DNA from: an uncultured Actinomycetota bacterium
GTDB lineage: Bacteria > Actinomycetota > Actinomycetes > Streptosporangiales > Streptosporangiaceae
Assembly: GCA_963720575.1 (NCBI GenBank)
Contig: CAVRGA010000002.1
Coordinates: forward strand, 5,149,209-5,213,208
Direction of reading: 5' to 3'
DNA: 64,000 nucleotides
The position numbers and the translations under genes were made by a program. The notes under the pieces were generated by a model. That model was given only the letters and a program-made list of their open reading frames with translations, had not been told where the DNA came from and made no database searches. Shown here one piece after another: positions 57,860-64,000 of the stretch (positions are counted from its first letter, which is position 1; each line of letters begins with the position of its first letter).

Positions 57860-58981
57860 ATGGCTGGTCGTGAAACTGTGTCAGCTGCTGACCTTGGGCG
57901 CCGCATCGCGCAGGCTCGCCAAGAAGCGGACCTGACTCAAGCTGAGCTTGGACATGTCGTGGGCTTGGATCGAACTGCCATCGCCAAGCTAGAGTCAGGA
58001 GTCCGGAAGGTCTCGGCATCTGAACTGCTGGCCATCGCGTCTGCCCTCGATCGGCCCATCGACTGGTTCGTCTTTGACTCACCGCCATCAGTTGTCAGCC
58101 GTCGATCGGATGCCCTCGCTGGTGGCCGCTCTCGTCTGCTCGACAACTGGATCGATCGCCTGGCTCGCGATGTCGGGTTCCTGGTCGAGCAGGGTGTTCT
58201 TGCAGATACGCAAGAGCGGCCCAGCCTGGAGTTGCCTTCTGACGTTGCGGGTGCAGAACTTCTTGCTGCTCAGGCCAGGGATCTCATGGCTGTATCTGAT
58301 GGTCCTGTCCTCGATCTGCAGCGTGCTTGCGAGCGAGTGGGTCTGCTGGCCTTCTCCCTTGACCTAGGTGAGACGGGCGGTGATGCGGCATACGTCGAGG
58401 TCGGAAGCATAGGCATTGCGTTGGTGAATGGCCGCATAGATCCCGGCCGACGTCGGTTCAACCTTGCGCATGAACTCGGCCACCACCTGTTCGGGGACGC
58501 GTACGCACCGGAGATCACGATTAGTGGAACCGACGACATGGAACGGTTGATCAATGCCTTCGCGATTCATCTGATCTTGCCTCGCGGGTCTGTCACTAGC
58601 GTATGGCGGGCGTTGGCAGACCAGGACGCTCGGCTAGCCGCAGTCGCAATCTCGGTTCGATTCCGCGCAAGCTGGACTGCCACCTGTAGCCAGCTTTGCA
58701 ATCTAGACCTCATCGATACTCCGCAACGCCAGCAGCTGACCAATGCACCCCCAAACGCGGCAGATTTCGTGGCCCTTGGCGAGCGCTGGGAAGCCGAACT
58801 CGAGGCGCCTACAGTCCCGCCGCAATATGGTGTGCGTGTGATGAGCGCTTATCAGGCTGGCCGGCTATCGGCATCACGAACAGTAGAGCTGCTGTGGGGA
58901 ACCGTGTCGATCGAGGAACTACCGGAACAACGCGTGCTACCTTTGGAGTCGCTCCGACGGGAATTCGACCACATGTCATGA
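57860..58981 (+). CDS. XRE-family HTH fused to an ImmA/IrrE-family zinc metallopeptidase domain.
   Basis: HTH LTQAELGHVVGLDRTAIAKLESG. HEXXH LAHELGHHLFGD. Confidence 0.75.
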   Translation: MAGRETVSAADLGRRIAQARQEADLTQAELGHVVGLDRTAIAKLESGVRKVSASELLAIASALDRPIDWFVFDSPPSVVSRRSDALAGGRSRLLDNWIDRLARDVGFLVEQGVLADTQERPSLELPSDVAGAELLAAQARDLMAVSDGPVLDLQRACERVGLLAFSLDLGETGGDAAYVEVGSIGIALVNGRIDPGRRRFNLAHELGHHLFGDAYAPEITISGTDDMERLINAFAIHLILPRGSVTSVWRALADQDARLAAVAISVRFRASWTATCSQLCNLDLIDTPQRQQLTNAPPNAADFVALGERWEAELEAPTVPPQYGVRVMSAYQAGRLSASRTVELLWGTVSIEELPEQRVLPLESLRREFDHMS

Positions 58982-59511
58982 CGACTCTGGTGTTCGACAA
59001 CACGCCGTTGAGCCACTTCGCTCGCGCTAGCGCTCTTCCAATATTAGAGAGCATCTCAGCCGGCTTCCGATGCGTCTCTCCCGCTGAGGTAATGACAGAA
59101 ATAATCCGCGGCGCTACAAAGTATCCGGCCATTGCTGCGGCGGTTAGCTTGCCATGGGTGGATATCGTCGAGTTGACTGAGGTTGAGGAGATCGTTGCCT
59201 TCGCACGGTACAAGTCTGAACTCGGCGGTGGCCTGGAACGGAATAATGGTGAGGCCGCAGCACTCGCGTGGGCGAGTGTGCACGGAGGAACCGTAGTCAT
59301 CGACGAGCGGGCGGGTACACGGGCGGCTCGTCGCGATCATATTGAGGTCCACGGCACGCTGTGGCTCATTACCAATGCCATTCGCGGCAGTAAGCTCCAA
59401 GAAGCCGACGCGATCAAAATGATTGACCAGCTTGCCGCCACGGACATGGCTTTGCCTACAGACGGTGCAGGTTTCATTGCATGGGCTCATGAGCAGGGAC
59501 TGCTCCCGTAG
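58978..59511 (+). CDS. PIN-like (DUF3368-type) predicted nuclease; candidate toxin/effector partner of the XRE-ImmA protein.
   Basis: ATGA overlap with the upstream stop. MTTLVFDNTPLSHFARA…, GEAAALAWASVHGGTVVIDERAGTRAARRDHIEVHGTLWLI matches the DUF3368 PIN_3 pattern (GEAEAIALA…DD..AR..A…G…GT). Confidence 0.5.
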   Translation: MTTLVFDNTPLSHFARASALPILESISAGFRCVSPAEVMTEIIRGATKYPAIAAAVSLPWVDIVELTEVEEIVAFARYKSELGGGLERNNGEAAALAWASVHGGTVVIDERAGTRAARRDHIEVHGTLWLITNAIRGSKLQEADAIKMIDQLAATDMALPTDGAGFIAWAHEQGLLP

Positions 59512-59574
59512 CACGCAAGGTCTCCTGCCCGGTCTGGAGTTGAGCCGGCGGACCCGCGCTCAGACGTCTGCGCG

Positions 59575-59615
59575 GCCGCTGTTCGCCCGGACTGCGGACA
59601 CCGGCCAGCGCGCTG
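59575..59615. repeat. Second copy of the 41-bp GH63 segment; part of a short GH63-paralog remnant reading …RPLFARTADTGQRAGLARHSLS.
   Basis: See 57366-57406. Copy 2 lies immediately downstream of the XRE-ImmA/PIN module. Confidence 0.8.
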
Positions 59616-59698
59616 GTCTTGCCCGCCATTCGCTGTCATAGTCGAATGACGGGCGCGAACGACGTGACGCCGATGCGGAGCACCACCTGGGAGGACCG

Positions 59699-60022
59699 AT
59701 GAAGCACGGGATCATTCGCATGGCGGCCGCCGCCGCGTCTCTTGGCCTTGCCGCCGGGGTCACCCTGACCGGGGCGGGCAGCGCCCAGGCTGTAGCGTCC
59801 AACTGGTTATGCGACACGCTGTCGCCCCCGTCCGGCGGAACGGTGTTCGGGGGTCACTGCCAGGGCCTCGGGGGCGGCACCGGCTGGTTCCAGGTATATA
59901 TCGGCGGAGGCGCGTACATGATTGTCTACAGGTGCACCAACTTCGTGTCCACGCTGGTGAATGATCCTCCCACTCCGCAGTACTACAACGTCACCGGCAC
60001 CGGCTGCATCCCGGCTTCGTAG
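59699..60022 (+). CDS. Small secreted Cys-containing protein (4 Cys), unknown function.
   Basis: MKHGIIRMAAAAASLGLAAGVTLTGAGSAQA (signal peptide). 107 aa. Confidence 0.5.
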   Translation: MKHGIIRMAAAAASLGLAAGVTLTGAGSAQAVASNWLCDTLSPPSGGTVFGGHCQGLGGGTGWFQVYIGGGAYMIVYRCTNFVSTLVNDPPTPQYYNVTGTGCIPAS

Positions 60023-60097
60023 ACACCGGCGGCCATACCCCGGATCAATCCGCGGCAAAGGCGGCTCTACGGCCATCGCGCCCCTTCCGGACGTTAC

Positions 60098-60535
60098 GGT
60101 GACCCCGGTCGCTTATTTCCCGGAGAAGTACTTCCCGGAGAACCTCGTCGTGCGCGCCGACGGCTCGGTGCTGATCACCGCCGTGCTGCAGAAGGAGCTG
60201 TGGTACGTTCCGCAGTCGACAACGGCGATGACTTCTGCATCGATCAGGACGCCGGCTTCGCGTACGTCACCCGGCATCGCGTCAGTACCCTCGACCGCGT
60301 GCCGCTCGCTCCGCGCCACGGCAGCGAGGTGCGCCACATCGCAGGCGACCCGTTCGACCCAGTTATCGTCGGGCCGTCAAGCGCCTGCTGGGGACGCGAG
60401 CCCGGCGACGAAGGTAAGGTCATGTACGTGACCACGGACGGCGGCACCACCGCACCGCCCGAAGGCGTGACCCGCAACGCCGCCCTCCTGCGCGTCGAAC
60501 TCGCCCCGGACCCCGGCGCGCTCAGACGTCGGTGA
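60098..60535 (+). CDS. Hypothetical protein; the frame appears broken near 60215.
   Basis: Frame A …VTPVAYFPEKYFPENLVVRADGSVLITAVLQKELWYVP. Frame B …AVDNGDDFCIDQDAGFAYVTRH…KVMYVTTDGGTTAPPEG…. Confidence 0.25.
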   Translation, partial: GDPGRLFPGEVLPGEPRRARRRLGADHRRAAEGAVVRSAVDNGDDFCIDQDAGFAYVTRHRVSTLDRVPLAPRHGSEVRHIAGDPFDPVIVGPSSACWGREPGDEGKVMYVTTDGGTTAPPEGVTRNAALLRVELAPDPGALRRR

Positions 60536-60579
60536 GGCCTCACTACGACAGGCTTGCCATCTGAGCGGCCATCGGCCGG

Positions 60580-60645
60580 GCCTGCCGCGGCGCAGTGCTC
60601 GCCCGGCGCCCCGCCGCCCAGGACGATCACGTCATAGCTGCTCAT
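60580..60645 (-). pseudogene. Remnant (about 22 aa) of an FAD/NAD(P)-binding disulfide-oxidoreductase N-terminus.
   Basis: MSSYDVIVLGGGAPGEHCAAAG then nonsense. ATGA overlap with the upstream VOC gene stop. Confidence 0.3.
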
Positions 60646-61265
60646 GTCGGCAGTTCCGTCCCGGCGTGCTCCGCCACCATGTAGGCGGCGTACCAGCCGG
60701 GCCAGTCCGGGTCTGCGGCGCCGATCCGCTTCTCGTGCTCGCCGTGCGCGGCCTCCGCGCGCCGCATCGCGCCTGCCAGGTCCGCCGCAGACGCGAATGC
60801 CGTCTCGGCAGCGTCGACCCGGCCGGGCAGCCGCGTCGTGACTTCCTGGAGCAGCCAGCCGTTGCCGTCCGGGTCGCTGAACGTGGCGAAGGAGCTGTAG
60901 CTGGCATCATCTGGCGCGGGCCCGCTCACGCGGCCGCTCGTCCCGTCAGCCTGGAACTGAGCACCCGGCGTGCCAGCGTGGAACACCTCGCTCACGTCGG
61001 CACCGCGCCGGGCCAGCTCGCCGCGCACCGCAGCGACGTCGGAGACGATCAGGTACAGGCCCTGGGCCGAGCCGGGCGCAGCTGACGTAATGTTCGTGCC
61101 GAACTGGACCGAGCACCCCGAGCCCGGTGGGGTGAACTGAACGACCCGGAAGCCGTTATCGAAGGAGAAGTCGGCGTCGAGCCGCCACCCGAGCTTCCCG
61201 TAGAACTCCTTCGCCCGGTCAGCATCCGACACCGGTATGACGGCAACCTCAAACCTCATGTCCAT
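60642..61265 (-). CDS. VOC/glyoxalase-family protein with C-terminal extension.
   Basis: MDMRFEVAVIPVSDADRAKEFYGKLGWRLDADF…DPDGNGWLLQE. Conserved C-terminal PDWPGWYAAYMVAEHAG tail. Confidence 0.7.
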   Translation of the reverse strand: MDMRFEVAVIPVSDADRAKEFYGKLGWRLDADFSFDNGFRVVQFTPPGSGCSVQFGTNITSAAPGSAQGLYLIVSDVAAVRGELARRGADVSEVFHAGTPGAQFQADGTSGRVSGPAPDDASYSSFATFSDPDGNGWLLQEVTTRLPGRVDAAETAFASAADLAGAMRRAEAAHGEHEKRIGAADPDWPGWYAAYMVAEHAGTELPT

Positions 61266-61688
61266 GATGACGGCTCCTCCCGTTTCCATTACGTCACGTA
61301 TCTCAGGTCCGCCACTCTCGGACCGCATAGGGGAAAGCCCGATCAGGGCTAAGGCCGCCCGGACCGCGAGCGTGGTCCCGGCGTCAGCAATCGGGGTGTC
61401 CCGTGGTCGCCGAGGAATGGCCCGCGATCGAAGGTTCTAGGACAGGTCGCGCCGAGCCATGCCCGAACGCCACCGTCGGCAAACCGCGCGGCGCTCGCAG
61501 ACGCCCAGTCCCGCCTGCGGCAGAAGATCGTAGCTGCCCCAGCGGAGACGTCATCTTCCTCGACGCCGGCGGCTGAGGACTCGCTCGCAACGTGGGCTGA
61601 CTTTACGATTAGTCAGGAATGACACCGTGGCCGGCGCCGCTGACCTGATCGATGCTGGCTGCCGCAGCCGAATGCGCGAGGTCTGCAC

Positions 61689-63431
61689 ATGGCCGACTAT
61701 GACTTGATCATCCGCTCGGGCCTGGTCGTGGACGGCACGGGTGGCGAACCGTTCGCGGGCGACGTCGCGGTCGACGGCGGCGCGATCGCGGCGGTAGGCA
61801 AGGTGACCGGCAGGGGCAGGCGGGAGATCGACGCCGAGGGCGCGCTGACCACCCCTGGTTTCGTGGACGTCCACACCCACTACGACGGCCAGGCGACCTG
61901 GGATGCCCGGCTCCAGCCGTCGTCCTGGCACGGAGTCACCACGGTGGTCATGGGCAACTGCGGTGTCGGGTTCGCGCCAGTGCGGGCCAGGAACCGGGAT
62001 CGGCTCGTCGAGCTGATGGAGGGCGTCGAGGACATCCCGGGATCGGCCCTTCGGGAAGGGCTGACCTGGGACTGGGAGTCGTTTCCCGACTATCTTGACG
62101 TGCTGGCTCAGCGACGCTTCGACGTCGATGTCGCCGCGCAGGTGCCGCACGCCGCGCTGAGGGTCGAGGTCATGGGCGGCAGGGCCGCGGCACAGGTGCA
62201 GGCGACACCTGATGAGGCGGCGGAGATCGCGCGGCTGGCCGGTGAGGCCGTGACGGCGGGCGCGCTCGGATTCACCACCTCGCGCACGCTGAACCACAAG
62301 AGCAGCGGCGGCGAGCTGACGCCCTCGTACGGGACCGGTCAAGACGAGCTGGTCGCGATCGGCCGAGCTGTCGGCCAGACCGGGCGGGGCGTCCTGCAGG
62401 TGGTGTCGGACTTCACCAACGCCGAGTCTGAGTTTGAATTGCTGCGGCAAGTGATGCGCGCCGGCCGCGCCCCTCTGTCGGTTTCGCTGATCCAGTCCAA
62501 CCTCGCTGCGGACAGCTACCGCCAGGTCCTTGACTTCGTGACCGACTGCCAGCTGGAAGGGCTCACCATCCGGGCTCAGGTGGCACCACGGCCGATCGGC
62601 CTGCTGCTCGGCCTGCAGAACACGCTGCACCCGTTCATGGAGAACCCAATCTGGCAGCGGATCGCTGATCGCAGCGCCGCCGACCAAGCCAGGCTGATGC
62701 GCTCGGATGGCCTGCGCGCCGAGGTCCTCGCCGCCCAGAGCCGGGCCAAGAACCGGCGGCGGCTTGGCGGCATTCTCATTCACAAGTACGAGCTGATGTA
62801 TGAGGTGACCGACCCGCCGCAGTACGAGCCAGACCTCACGGAGACCATAGCCGCCCGGGCAGGCCGGCTCGGAGTGACACCGGAAGAACTGGCATACGAC
62901 ATCATGGCGGCAGGCAATGGCGACGCGATGCTCTACCTGACCTTCGCCAACTACGCCCGCGGCAACCTGGACGTCGTCAAGGAAATGCTCGAGCACCCGC
63001 ACACAATCCCCGGTCTGTCCGACGGCGGCGCTCACGTTGGCACTATCTGCGACGGCAGCTTCCCCACGACTCTGCTCGGGCACTGGGCCAGAGACCGCGA
63101 AGCGGGGCTGAGCCTGCCATTCGTGATTCAGCGTCAGGCGCGCGACACTGCCAGGGCCGTCGGCCTCAACGACCGCGGCGTGCTGGCGCCGGGCTACCGC
63201 GCCGACGTCAACGTCATCGACCTGCGGGCTCTTCGGCTGCACCGCCCGACCATGCTGTTCGACCTGCCGGGCGGCGGAAGACGGCTGATGCAGCGAGCTG
63301 ATGGCTACCGGCACACCATCGTCGCTGGCCTGGAAACCTACCGAAACGGTCAGGCCACCGGCGCTCTACCCGGACGACTCGTTCGCGGCCCGCAGGCGAC
63401 CAGGGAACACAAGGCATCCGGCGAACAGTAG
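61689..63431 (+). CDS. N-acyl-D-amino-acid deacylase (D-aminoacylase) family amidohydrolase.
   Basis: 580 aa. [44 protein letters not shown] metal-binding motif. [11 protein letters not shown]. Confidence 0.8.
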   Translation: MADYDLIIRSGLVVDGTGGEPFAGDVAVDGGAIAAVGKVTGRGRREIDAEGALTTPGFVDVHTHYDGQATWDARLQPSSWHGVTTVVMGNCGVGFAPVRARNRDRLVELMEGVEDIPGSALREGLTWDWESFPDYLDVLAQRRFDVDVAAQVPHAALRVEVMGGRAAAQVQATPDEAAEIARLAGEAVTAGALGFTTSRTLNHKSSGGELTPSYGTGQDELVAIGRAVGQTGRGVLQVVSDFTNAESEFELLRQVMRAGRAPLSVSLIQSNLAADSYRQVLDFVTDCQLEGLTIRAQVAPRPIGLLLGLQNTLHPFMENPIWQRIADRSAADQARLMRSDGLRAEVLAAQSRAKNRRRLGGILIHKYELMYEVTDPPQYEPDLTETIAARAGRLGVTPEELAYDIMAAGNGDAMLYLTFANYARGNLDVVKEMLEHPHTIPGLSDGGAHVGTICDGSFPTTLLGHWARDREAGLSLPFVIQRQARDTARAVGLNDRGVLAPGYRADVNVIDLRALRLHRPTMLFDLPGGGRRLMQRADGYRHTIVAGLETYRNGQATGALPGRLVRGPQATREHKASGEQ

Positions 63432-63650
63432 GCCACCGCCGAACTGCTTGAGCGAGCACAGATTTGCGCCGTTCTGTATCGGTGCTGGTCATCGACCGTG
63501 GCGAGTACGCCATTATCCGCCCCATCCCGATGATCCGGTCTCAGCCCTCGAAGGATCGCAGGCCGGACCTGATGGAAGCGCGGACGATGCCCGCGCCGCC
63601 GAGCGGCGAGCCGAGGAAGCAGCCGAGCAGCGCCGAGCCGCCCGCACGCA

Positions 63651-63864
63651 GTGACCGTCCTGGACGCCTAAGCCGTCATTGCCTACCTGCGCGGAGAGCC
63701 GTCCGCCGGAGAGGTCGCCGACCTGCTAGGCAGCGGTCAGCCTCGCCGCAGCCATCGCATGCCACGAGCCGCTCGCCACCTGCGATCCCGCCCTCGCCCA
63801 AGTACTCCGGGCGGAAGGGGGCAAAGTGCACGCTCTTCCCGACAGCAAAGGTCGACGGCCCTAA
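63651..63864 (+). pseudogene. Decayed vapC-like PIN toxin gene: in-frame stop, frameshift and internal deletion.
   Basis: VTVLDA-stop-AVIAYLRGEPSAGEVADLL is a VapC N-terminus with TAA where Ser is expected. After a frame change: AAVSLAAAIACHEPLATCDPALAQVLRAEGGKVHALP, a VapC C-terminus. GTGA overlap with an upstream small ORF. Confidence 0.35.
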
Positions 63865-64000
63865 CCAGCACCCCGTTGGCGCCATCTGCCCTGGCAGTCA
63901 CAGACCTAGTATCCCGCACCGCCCGGCACATGCGCGCTGCCTGCACCTGGCGTTACTCGACGCACGCTTCCCGCAGGCGGCGTCGCCTGGTTCCGTACGT

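Overview
High-GC actinomycete-type chromosomal window with dense coding on both strands, no rRNA, tRNA or CRISPR, and several accessory loci. Two caveats apply throughout. All assignments rest on recognising motifs in the six-frame translations, because no database search was possible. At least seven genes look like single-base frame breaks in otherwise intact, translationally coupled operons; these cannot be separated from assembly indel errors without read data.

- **1-22.7 kb, pyochelin/coelibactin-type thiazoline NRPS cluster.** It contains a PchE-like NRPS (ArCP-Cy-A-PCP), a PchF-like NRPS (Cy-A with embedded methyltransferase-PCP-TE) and a PchG-like thiazolinyl imide reductase. Around them sit unusual accessory genes: a stand-alone condensation domain, two P450s, an O-methyltransferase, AsnB, an acyl-CoA-dehydrogenase-like flavoenzyme, a short-chain dehydrogenase/reductase (SDR), a methyltransferase, an aminotransferase and a tryptophan 2,3-dioxygenase.
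- **24.8-28.2 kb.** A degraded MFS transporter fragment lies next to a convergent pair of paralogous Cys-containing repeat proteins.
- **28.4-32.7 kb.** Secreted and membrane proteins, plus an NfeD-like/flotillin pair.
- **33.0-39.5 kb, the most unusual locus.** A tight six-gene operon preceded by an AT-rich leader region. It encodes a small membrane protein; a membrane-anchored protein whose P-loop is degenerate (GGTGDGW); a 972-aa HerA/FtsK-superfamily ATPase (Walker A GATGAGKS, VVEEAH, KIVHRLPAQDD); a small papain-fold toxin (NC..C ... GHWFN ... DGQ); a YrhB-like immunity protein; and one further small gene. I know no described system with this architecture.
- **39.8-45.9 kb, FxLD-family class I lanthipeptide cluster.** PIMT-like methyltransferase, precursor, full-length LanB, LanC and an extra SpaB_C-domain protein. 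The precursor and LanB are both frame-broken in this assembly. The precursor core (…TGHSTTTDDNCGSGNTSGTACTTRSDA) is recoverable only across a frame change.
- **46-64 kb.** Regulators, hydrolases, secreted proteins, a TsaA-like tRNA methyltransferase followed by tandem palindromic repeats, an XRE-ImmA/IrrE plus PIN-like nuclease module next to a 41-bp duplicated segment of the neighbouring GH63 gene, a D-aminoacylase, and a decayed vapC.
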